Assembly: GCA_047495785.1 (NCBI GenBank)
Contig: JBLDXI010000001.1
Span: 2,728,001 to 2,792,000 of the forward strand
Source of the DNA: Lepidodermella squamata
Lineage: Eukaryota; Animalia; Gastrotricha
DNA length: 64,000 nucleotides
Direction: 5' to 3'
In this document: one piece after another, positions 1 to 9,900 of the stretch
Position numbering within the stretch: the stretch's first letter is position 1
How the letters are laid out: every line of letters starts with the position of its first letter
Program-made: the position numbers and the translations under genes
The notes under the pieces: generated by a model
What the model was told of the DNA's origin: nothing
Databases searched by the model: none
Seen by the model: the letters and a program-made list of their open reading frames with translations, nothing else

Positions 1-291
1 GAGACGCTTCATCAAAGTCTAGCAAATGATCTTCTCTGTGATCGAACGTGCTGCTTTCCAGATGCAGAGCTTGAAAGAATTTGGAAAAAGCATGAAATAG
101 AGCATTTGAAGTCAATTGCTCGAGTTTTTGTGTCAATCGGATCCGTTTATCAAACGAGGTGCAGTACTATTGTGGCGATTGACAACGAAGGAATGTGCCA
201 CTTTGTTGAATACACATGGGCGTTGGCCGACGAAGTTTCACAACCTAAGGCCACGCACGTTACTCGAGAATCATTCAAACTCGCAAAATAG
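1..291 (+). CDS. TANGO2: 3' end of a TANGO2 (NRDE-domain) protein; 5' part lies outside the window
   Basis: Frame 1 is open from base 1: ETLHQSLANDLLCDRTCCFPDAELERIW...ARVFVSIGSVYQTRCSTIVAIDNEGMCHFVEYTW...ESFKLAK*. This resembles the TANGO2 C-terminal motif [21 protein letters not shown]. Confidence 0.75.
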   Translation, partial: ETLHQSLANDLLCDRTCCFPDAELERIWKKHEIEHLKSIARVFVSIGSVYQTRCSTIVAIDNEGMCHFVEYTWALADEVSQPKATHVTRESFKLAK

Positions 292-378
292 ATTTTAATA
301 TTTATTAATGCGCTTTGCACGTGAATACCCAATCTTTAGTAAATTCTATGATTTGAAGATATTTTAGGGTGTTTAAAA

Positions 379-1799
379 ATGCCTATGAATAGATATCGGC
401 TGTTCAAGCAGCTGTGGAACAATCGTTATCCAGTGAGAGTATGGGGTAAAGACGTTATCCCGCCGGTTATTAAAGAAAAAGGTAAGTGAATAGCTTCACA
501 ACTCTGAAGAACTTCATATTATAACTTCGTAGGTATTCCGGTGATCGATCCCACTGTTCCGAAGCCTCAAGAGGAAATATCATGGCAACCACCTGTTCCA
601 GACGATCCTCGTTTCAAGCGATTTTATCCTCCCAAAGATCCAAAAACTCACCCGCATTGGCACGAGAAACCTGCAGTGTCTTTCGGCTACCCAGGGCAGT
701 TGCTGAGTGGCGTAAAACAAGCTCAAGCAATAACCAACACCGTGATTTATTCAAGTCTTCCGTCTTTATATGCGTCAATTAGTGGCGAATTGAATGAGCA
801 TCAGGATCAGTTGGTTCAACGACTGGCTTTGCAAGCTCACAAATGGTTCCCGGGCAGAGATCGCCTGCCGAAGCATTTCTGGCCAGAGTTTCCGAATTTC
901 AAACTTCGGTCAGAGAAAGGAATTCTACGCGAAGATACGCTGTAAGTCATTGTTAACCAAAAACAATCCGCCTTAAAGCCCTATTTTTTAGGCGAATGTT
1001 TCTGCATAATTTACTGCATTTTTGCGCTGTTTCTGCGGGGCAAAAAGACATTGCGACGCTGTTGAAAAGACGGTTGATTTACGATCCTCAAATTGTGGCT
1101 TCTTATGACGTTTTAGCGTCAAATGGTGAGACGCGCAAAATTCTAGTTCGCGGAACTCATGCAGCGGCGATTTCATCGATTGTCCCGATTCCTGCGTTTT
1201 CATCTTCTCAAGAAGTGAAATCGACGAGTAAAGCTGAGTTGCCGGGTCTGGGTCCAGTTTCCCCATTCATCGATCTTGAGCCTGAGAATATTTACCCGAA
1301 CGACTCAAATGGATGGATTTCGACGGAGAAATCGAATTTAGATTCGATCCGTTACCCGCATACGTTGTTTTTGTTTAACAAAGAGGCGCTTTGGACCCAG
1401 GAGGATTTCGAGAAGGAACCATGGACTAAAGAACAGCGCGATGCAAGGGCAATTCTATTCACCCATGCTTGGTGTGTGTCTTACGCGAAACAGCTGTACG
1501 GCAATGATGTGAAAGCCTTGCCGAAACCGGTTACTGCTCAATGCGTTCAGACCGATGGCGAGTCGCTGCATTTCCTCTGCTACCAGTTGAACACACTGGA
1601 CCCGGCTCGTCAAAGTGCTGCTGTTAAAAACCAGGCGTGGATTGATAACGGTGAAAGTTCGCTGTTCGTCAAAACAATTCTGCCGAAGCAATTTGCTCGC
1701 CAGGCAACTTATACTGATTTCGAACCAGCCGTGCTCAACCGCTTCGTGTCATTCTACGTCAATGGCTGTGAACAGCTTGCCAAACCAGCCACCGCTTGA
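379..1799 (+). CDS. MRPL37: Mitochondrial ribosomal protein mL37; exons 379-481, 533-941, 992-1799
   Basis: Motifs HPHWHEK...LLSGVKQAQAITNT and PVTAQCVQTDGESLHFLCYQLNTLD...KNQAWID match the MRPL37/MRPS30 family. Two GT-AG introns of 51 and 50 nt keep the frame. Confidence 0.88.
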
Positions 1800-1923
1800 C
1801 ATTGTTGCTCAAAAACAGTCAATAAATCAATCAAAGCGTTGTGCGATGAAATTTTATATAAATCGTGATGAATAAATAGAACGCATTTATTGTTTGATTT
1901 TCAAACATTTTTCGAGTCTCGAT

Positions 1924-2809
1924 TTAATAACGCTCAAGCCGGTCTTCAGGCTCTTCGTAGGCCACATTGAATTGTTGCAGCCGTTTCAAGTGCTCGTAGT
2001 ATGTATCATCTGGGACTATTGCTCCGTTTGGCGCACCTTTAGGCGGTTCCAGACCCTCAGTATCAGTTGCGACTCGGAGAGTCATGAAAAGTGGGCTGAA
2101 ATCGGGAAAACGTCAAGTTCTTTTACATAAAATAAGTACCGTCAGATGGGGTGACTTTAGCTGGTGGGGCGACTTTGACATGCCAAAATGGGGTGACTTT
2201 AGCATACCAAAAATCGAAGATGGTAAGGTAAATCCCCCATGAGTGGGGTACCGTTGGATAGCCCAAAGAAAGGCCAACCTGGCTGTGTACAATGTAAATC
2301 AATAAAGCCCACTTAGGGACATATAATAGCAGGTAAAGTTATGAAAAAAATTCAAAAATTCATATTTTTATTGAAACTTTGGTGATTGCTCACTTGACGC
2401 CGTCTGATCAAAATGGAAATCGTATGCCATTTTCAGACTGCATTTCCTCAAGGCTATCCAACGGTACCCCACTCATGGGGGATTTACCTTACCATCTTCG
2501 ATTTTTGGTATGCTAAAGTCACCCCATTTTGGCATGTCAAAGTCGCCCCACCAGCTAAAGTCACCCCATCTGACGGTATGCCATAACTTACCCTATCCTC
2601 GGTTCGTCGATAAGACATTTCGGATCGATACCCTAAAAACATTCTGAATAGGTTACATCAAAATCTCATGTGAACTGTCCACAAACCAGACCCTAAAAAT
2701 ATGCGAAAATTAAGGTATATTATGGAAATAAGTGCCTAATTTTTACCTCCTTCGGTTGAGCCCATCGTGGTATTCTGGGATGCCAAGAAAACCGCTTCCT
2801 TCTGTCCAT
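1924..2809 (-). CDS. Small unknown protein (~93 aa), or alternative 3' exon set of the neighbouring membrane-protein gene; exons 2809-2747, (2692-2687), 2632-2592, 2095-1924
   Basis: Phase-consistent splicing gives MDRRKRFSWHPRIPRWAQPKE-GL-GIDPKCLIDEPRIGPLFMTLRVATDTEGLEPPKGAPNGAIVPDDTYYEHLKRLQQFNVAYEEPEDRLERY*. It shares the RIPRWA...PRxGPLFM motif with the adjacent gene. Confidence 0.7.
2139..2576. mobile_element. Non-autonomous DNA transposon (MITE, Tc1/mariner-pogo type) inside an intron
   Basis: Perfect 125-bp inverted arms (2139-2263 / 2452-2576) beginning CCGTCAGATGGGGTGACTTTAGC, with TA on both sides (2137-2138, 2577-2578). Each arm carries three GGGG(T/C)GACTTT repeats. Removing the element and one TA leaves a typical 56-nt intron. 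Confidence 0.9.
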
Positions 2810-3037
2810 TGCCTGCAATAATTAAGAAGTTTTTAGGAATTCAATTAGAGAAATATATTATAAGGTACTCAGTTGGTCGCGCTATACATTTAATATTTAT
2901 TGAAAATCATGCAATAAACTTAACAAAAATATTAGAAAACAGTAAAACACCGATGTTTCTCATCCAATATTACACATCAAAACGCATAAATCCGGGAGGG
3001 AGGAACAGACACAGGTACACAAATTCACAGGTATGAG

Positions 3038-4569
3038 TCATTTAAGCAGATTATAGAAAGTCTCCAAATATGTGGCGTTTCCTATAATAACACATAAGAA
3101 GTAGTAGGATTTTTCTCGGTTTTTGCGACATACCTTCAGGCTTGAGAACCATCGAACGTTTCAATAATTCAGCTGCTCCAGACAGATCATCGCCGTCTGG
3201 TCCACCTCCAGCTGTCAGTCGCTGGGCCATGAATAATGGGCCAGGTCGTGGATGCTCTAGAACAGCACCGAGATTCGAGCCAAGATGAGCACCCTAGAAG
3301 TCGTTCAATTATACCTTCCATCAAATGAAATGAAGAGAAAACGCACCGTCGCCTGATCAGCCCAGCGTGGGATTCGATGATTTACCGTCACTTGCGGAAT
3401 TTTGATAGTTCCTCTAACAAACTGAGGCGCCGAGGTTGAAAACTCAGCCGGTCTCCGGCGTTCAGAACGTTCCAAAACCGTTCCGCGAGGTAGCTAATCG
3501 AAGGAAATACCTATTCAATTATCTCTCAACCCCATAAGTAGCGAACCAACTGAGCACATTTAGGCTACGATAGTGAAGCATCAGTTACTAGGACCTACGT
3601 TTATTTCTCGCTGCTCCCTGGCTAAAGGAGGAATCGTGCGATCACCAAATTGACCGCCCATATTTGTTTCTTGCTCGCCAACTTTACCAGTTGCCAACCA
3701 TGATGCTACTGCGGGTTTAACCGGGGCTGTATCGCCAACCTGAGGCTCCGTTGTCCGCAGTTGTCTGACAGTCGGCTGCTGCCTATGGCGATTCGGATCA
3801 TAATCACTAAAACAAGAAAGCCTTTCGATACATCTTCAAAGCAATTCGAAATGTCTAACTCTTCGTTGCCGTAGTCTGGCTGCGTCATAGATTGGCGCGG
3901 ATGATAATGCGCGTTTGTTGCCATTGGATCTGCTCGTTGACTTGTTCCGGCAGTACCGTCTCCGAAACGAACTCGGGATCCTGTCTGATCTTGGCTGTCA
4001 CGAACTTGACCTGGTTGATGCTGTCCCTGCTGACCTTTTCTATCTTCAGCCTTCGATTTTGAGTCTTGCGGACCACCTGCTGAGGGTCTCCTTTCGAGTA
4101 GAGAAGCACTGGATCCTTTTTGACCAGCCTGTTCCAAGTAAGGATAAGCGTTCTTCTCCGATCGAAGCGGTAAAGAATTTGGCGGTAAATTATTTCGTTT
4201 CTGACCCTGCTGGCGTTCCTGTTTTGCACCACCACCTGAAGCAGGCTGGTTTACCAACGGTCGGAATCGAACTGAAGAATTTGAAGGAGAACCGGTGCCG
4301 AAAAACGCTTTGGTTTTGCTCCAACAAGTTGGCTCTGGTCTTCTTCGTATGCAGTAGCAGTGGATCAGAACACTTATTAGAAGGACAATGCCAATGAAAC
4401 CAGCAGCAGCCCCAGCCGCTATAACAGCGATTGAACGCGTTGATAGTGAACCGCTTGAAGCAGTAGAGCTACTTGCGGTTGTTGATGAAGATTGAGCAGA
4501 AATTATTGGAATGTAGACCTCGATCAGCAGGAATGTTAGGATTATCAATACTTCCAGTATTAGAAAATT
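3038..4569 (-). CDS. Unknown type-I membrane protein: signal-peptide-like N-terminus, short S/T-rich ectodomain, one TM, Cys-rich juxtamembrane segment, long cytoplasmic tail; start codon not found in the genome
   Basis: Reads NFLILEVLIILTFLLIEVYIPIISA-QSSSTTASS...IAVIAAGAAAGFIGIVLLISVLIHCYCIRRR. It continues through ~50-nt GT-AG introns (last exons 3493-3347, 3293-3134, 3081-3038) to ...LKPEGNATYLETFYNLLK*. Confidence 0.72.
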
Positions 4570-4659
4570 CTAAATTATGTTAACAATTAGCAAAATCATA
4601 GAATCTCTTTCATTCTTTGACAAAAAAGCACAGAAAAATAACATGAAAAATATGAGTAA

Positions 4660-5778
4660 TCATTTGTTTTTCCTATATTTGTTTCTGTAAAAGAAGTCTA
4701 AGAATGATTCACCAACACCGCCTTTCCCAAGGCCCGTATCTTCGGTCGATTGCGGAGTGCTGCTTATCACCCTTTGCTCAGGAGTTGGCCATTTGAGCGG
4801 AGATGCTTCCGGCATGTTGGTTCCATTGCCTTGGTTAGGCAATGTTCCATTGTACGCTGGAATTTGAGGAGCCATGACGTTCGCTGGGCCGTAAATAATC
4901 GGCTGTTGGTATGGTTGCTGCGGATATTGAACAGGCTGGTAAATTTGCCCGGGCTGTTGTTGGTAGTATTGAGGTTGGGGCGCCGGTTGAAATTTAAATG
5001 GAATTTGCTCCGGCTGGTATTGCTGTGGAGGGAACTGTTGCTGCTGTGGCTGTTGTTGGTATGAAGTCCGAACTGAGGGAGGCGGAACGATAGGTCGATA
5101 TGTCGCTGGGCCTTGAAAGTCTGGCGCGTCATACGGAGTTACCTCGCCTGTTTCCTGGTATGAAGCTAAAGTTGGCTGTTGGATGATCGATTGTCTTTGC
5201 TGCACTTGGGCTCGAGGTGGTTGGGGTTCCGGTTCCATTTCTTGCTCCTCATAGTAAGGCTCTGGCTCGGGCTCAGGAGTTACTGGTAGTTGGATTGGGG
5301 GAGGTTGTCTTTGCGGAGGCTCTTCCTTAGGCTTTTCGACCTTTTTAACCGGTTGCACCTTTGCGGGTTTTGGCAGGTCCGATGAGATCACTCGACCTTT
5401 GCGCACTAGAAATATCTTGTTTCCTAATAACGTTTCAATAGGGGTGGCAATCTTACCGCAGCACATTCTGTTACGACAGCAGCACCAACATAGTATTATT
5501 GATAGGATAATGAGAATTAAAACGAAAATGAACGCAAAAATCACTGGGCCGCCTTTTGTAGGGTCGCTGAGAAAATCTCTAGCCGCGTCTGAAGTTGATT
5601 GCGTCGTAGTGCCCCCTGCATATAATGCGTAAAGCAGTCCAGTGTTGTAATAACCGCGTCGATCTGCAGAGTAGCCTCCATAGGCTAATGCCTGAAGAAA
5701 TGGCGATGCCCCTGTGAAATTAGTCTGTAAAAACAACGGGTCTGAACGCGCAAGTGCGTCCAGGAAGGGCGAAGACAT
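4660..5778 (-). CDS. Unknown single-pass membrane protein, 372 aa, intronless, with P/Q/Y-rich cytoplasmic tail
   Basis: Long ORF with one hydrophobic segment, VIFAFIFVLILIILSIILC, followed by WCCCRNRMCCGK. The N-terminus carries a repeat (SPFLDALA/SPFLQALA). Confidence 0.78.
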   Translation of the reverse strand: MSSPFLDALARSDPLFLQTNFTGASPFLQALAYGGYSADRRGYYNTGLLYALYAGGTTTQSTSDAARDFLSDPTKGGPVIFAFIFVLILIILSIILCWCCCRNRMCCGKIATPIETLLGNKIFLVRKGRVISSDLPKPAKVQPVKKVEKPKEEPPQRQPPPIQLPVTPEPEPEPYYEEQEMEPEPQPPRAQVQQRQSIIQQPTLASYQETGEVTPYDAPDFQGPATYRPIVPPPSVRTSYQQQPQQQQFPPQQYQPEQIPFKFQPAPQPQYYQQQPGQIYQPVQYPQQPYQQPIIYGPANVMAPQIPAYNGTLPNQGNGTNMPEASPLKWPTPEQRVISSTPQSTEDTGLGKGGVGESFLDFFYRNKYRKNK

Positions 5779-6971
5779 TTCTCACGGGACAAGTCGTCTC
5801 ACAGCCTCATCTCGTCTAATTTGACCTATAGCTATTTCAGCAGCATAGCTGGAACATGCGTTATTGCTAGACGCGTATCCAGGGCGTCTTTTCACCGGTA
5901 ACCAAGAGGCTATTCACATGAGCGCTGCGTGCAAAAAGCCAGCGCAGTCCGTTAAAACAGGGCATCAACTTGTATATCTCTCATTTGTGGCAGTTTTTAT
6001 TCACTCAGTCATTTGTGCGAAACCCATCAGGTCAAGCTCGCGCAAAGTTGTACATCATATTTTTCATCATTTAAATAAGAAACATAAACCGTTTGCTTTC
6101 TGTTAACCGCGCTAAGACATCATAATAACTGATTTTTTTATGCAGAAATTATTTTTTCGGTTTTTTCTTCTCTCTCCTTGAGGCACATGACATCGGTCTC
6201 ACCCATTCCATTCTTCAATATGCACAGGAGAGGAGTTGAAACTAAAAAAATGACAATTATAATGACGGAGAGCAGAAAAAAAATAAAACGAGTGACCAAT
6301 ATTTTGGGGCTATTCTTATCGAAGATGTAAAAAAATCGTGCTCAAATTTGAACAGTAAGATCGCCGTATTTATAGAATGGTAAACGGAGATTATAAGCAC
6401 CGGAGAACGTTTGCCATCATACTTTTCGTTTCTAGAAAAATGGGTTAATTTCAGCGGCATAGATGGTGACCGACGCTGGTAAACCTGTATAAAATACAAA
6501 TAAACGAAAAGTTAGTGATAGATAGATGAAAATAACGTGATATTTATTATTACGCGCGAATGCGTAAAACTCCGCCCCCTATCCTACAATAATTAATGTC
6601 GCGGTTTTCGCGCGTGAAGTATTTGCCAACAAGCGCATTTCCGACGGCTAGCCCGTTGATAAAACAAAGCGAGAGGGCCGGCGAAAAATGCGATGAGGCG
6701 CGAAATGTACATAATATGTGTCATCCATAGATGTTGGTGCAAAAAAAACGAAAACGAAAAACTAACCATCTCCGATAATTTGACGCCGCTGAGTTTGTTC
6801 CAGGGGTCCGAGAGATTTGAAGAAGCTAAACAATGTTGAAACAGGCAGGGCGCAATGAAAAAGCACATGTAGTGTAGAATCTGCTAGCTTTTCCAGCTCT
6901 AATTATATAGTGTATGTAGCATCGGGCACTTGAAAGACGCTTGATGTCGTGGTAGAAGCCAGAAGTTAGTG

Positions 6972-9900
6972 TCACACGTCTGTTTCCACGTCGTCGCTGT
7001 CGTCGAGGTGTCGACCGGACAGCGATGTCGCCAGAACGACTCGCCGCGGGGAGGTAGCTGCGGGCTGCGGGGCTGAGCTCGATGTAGGCTTGTCTTTGGT
7101 TCCGGCGACAGCGATTAGTTCTTCAGGCGGTGGAGTCACTTCGCTTCGACGAAAGACGCAGCTAGCTCCAGTTTCCGCAACAGGCCGGTGCGGCATTTGC
7201 TCGGCTACAACCACAGACGGTTCAACGACTTCTGTTGTTGTTGTATGAGCAGTAACAGATATCGAAGGAGCTAAAAAAATTCAAAAATGTGAAGGAAAAT
7301 TATCAAATTGAAGACGCATCATACCTAGGCCTCTAGTTGTTGAAGCTTCAGATACCAGAAGATTTTCGCCTTCTGAAAAATTCTGCTTCGGCCGATTTCT
7401 CCGTCTTCGCCGGCGTTTCGTGGAGAAAGTCGGGCAAGACTCGACGTAAACATAATTTACAGTTTTGTCGTCAGCTTCACTCTCACGATGGTAGAAATAG
7501 TTGAAATTTGAGACAATAACGGGTACAGGCAGTGCGATTGTCAAGACACCAGCAATAGCACACAATGAGCCAACCATTTTGCCCCAGAGGCCTCTAGGTC
7601 GCATGTCACCGTAACCCACAGTTGTCATAGTGACAACAGCCCACCTAAGATAAATAAAATAATGATTTTACGGGGTAAATAAATCAAATTTTACCAGAAA
7701 GCATCGGGAATACTACTGAATTGTTGCGGTTCCGTCTCCACCTCTGCGAAATACACAGCACTGGAGAAGAGTACAACGCCGATGAATAGGAAGAAGATGA
7801 GCAAGCCAAGTTCTCGCATTGAGGCTCTAAGCGTTTGGCCCAGTATTTGCAGGCCCTTAGAATGGCGCGATAACTTGAATATTCTAAACACTCGGACGAG
7901 ACGGATAACTCTCAAAATGGCTAATGACATGGCATGGTTGCTGCCCTTGCTATCATCTGCTATTACGGTGCCGAGAGTAATGAAGTAAGGAATGATGGCG
8001 ACGATGTCAATTGTATTCATTATGTTCTTGAAAAACTGAAATTTATCCGGACACGAAGCGAATCTAATCAGCAGCTCTGAGGTGAACCATATTATGCAAA
8101 TTGTTTCGATGAGGAAAAACGGCTCGGTGAATTTCGGAATATCGTCCTCTTCAATGGAAGTAATTGTTTGATTAGCTTCAGTAACGTTGACTATTTTGTA
8201 GTGCTTGAATTGTGGCAACGTTTCAAGGCAGAATATAACGATCGATAAAAGAATCACAGTTACGGAGAAAATAGCAACCACTCGAGCCCCCATTGAGCTT
8301 TCAGGAAACTCGAACAACAGCCACATTCTCCGTTGAAAACTATTAGCCGGTAGTACTCTTGTTTCGTCCTTCACATAGCCTTCTTCTTCCTTGTACTTTT
8401 CAACAGCATCATTGCCGAGTTCAAAAAATTTAATCTCTTCGAGAAAAACATCGAGAGGAACGTTAGTCGGCCGTCTCAGTTTGCCACCGCTCTGATAGTA
8501 GTAGAGAATAGCGTCAAAACTAGGCCGATTCCGATCGAAGAAGAATTCGTTCCTGAGAGGATCGTAATATTTCAATCGTTTTTGAGGATTTCCCAAGAGG
8601 CTATCCGGAAATTGGGCGAGAGTTCTTGACAGAGTCTCATATCGCATGCCACTGACGTTAATGATGAGCCTCTCCTGCAGATGATAACTAGGAACATCCT
8701 TTCCAATATTTGACGGGATGCCATGATGATGGTGATGGCTATCCGGATCTCGAAAGAAGGTCCTGGAAGAGAAATACATCGCGTTAATAGCATGATATTT
8801 GAGAGCGATGCAGAGTAATATTAGATCGCATATACCCAGAGACTTTTGTTGCTAAACCAGCAACACGGCTATTATTAAATAAAATTGACCATATGATATG
8901 TGATTGCTAGCTAACGCTACCATTAATTATCATCGTTTTTTGTCACACGCTCATCTCCACACTGGACGAGTCTGTGCGTGAGTCCGTGCGCCTAAGGGGC
9001 GTTAGAATCGGCGAACATATGTCGATGATAATGTGCAAAAGGAATGACAATATGCGTGAATAAAAAACCAACAAGTCTCACAAGAAAAGAAAGCGATTAA
9101 TCATGCAATCAGAACGATAAAGAAGTCATATTATTGACAGAATGATACTGCAGTTCAACTTACCGATCAACTGTGTTACTGAGTTTTTCTCCTACTCGAT
9201 CGTGTAATTTCAAGATTTGCGCACGCTCAATGTAACTGAATCCTCCAAGCGAGTCCGCGCTTGGGCCTAACGTTCTCAAGAAGAACTGAATCTTCGCAAC
9301 TTTCAACAACGCATAACGATAATGGAACTTAGCCCTCGAAAAGCGACATCCTCAGCAAGGTATCGATCATTCTCCCGAAAGACACTTTGGCACTCAATCA
9401 GCAAGTTTGAAAAAAATTACCGCGCATTGTTCAAGGTTGTTATAATTAAGTTATCATAATGCAACAATAAATATTTTAAATTAATTAAATAGAGCGGGAT
9501 AACAAAAGACAGAACAAACTGGCAGCATGGGATTTCTAAAAAAATTTTATTTGGGAGATGTTGGCTGGAAAACTTTCCATGGCCCAAGCAGCTCTTAAGT
9601 ACAATCTTCTGTTAAAGATTGATGTATATGTCAGATAGTCAGTTTTTAGCCATGTACTGTACGCGCTTAATCAGCGTTAACCAGTTTTTTGAGAAGATAC
9701 TGATCGCCATTGAACGCATCGCGACAGATCTAAGATTTGTTAAAGCGTTCAGACATTTGACCATTGGCAAGACCATTGGCCTGCATAAGACAGGATTAGC
9801 AGCAAAATCAACGATTTCAACTTTCAGCTCAACTTTCAGCTCAGCAACCAAGAAAGCGAGCAATTTGCAATTTGTAATAAATACATGTCAACAGTGCGAA

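Noticed and set aside
3885-5632. Antisense and alternate-frame ORFs overlapping the membrane-protein genes (similar ones overlap FKBP15, ANAPC2, TTC17 and ECM29)
   Set aside because: Shadow ORFs of real coding sequence, with no recognisable motifs.
9165-9350. Possible third Shaker 5' exon: consensus phase-2 donor CG|GTAAGT near 9164 with about 60 open codons upstream
   Set aside because: No in-frame Met and only a weak phase-compatible acceptor, so it cannot be supported as coding.
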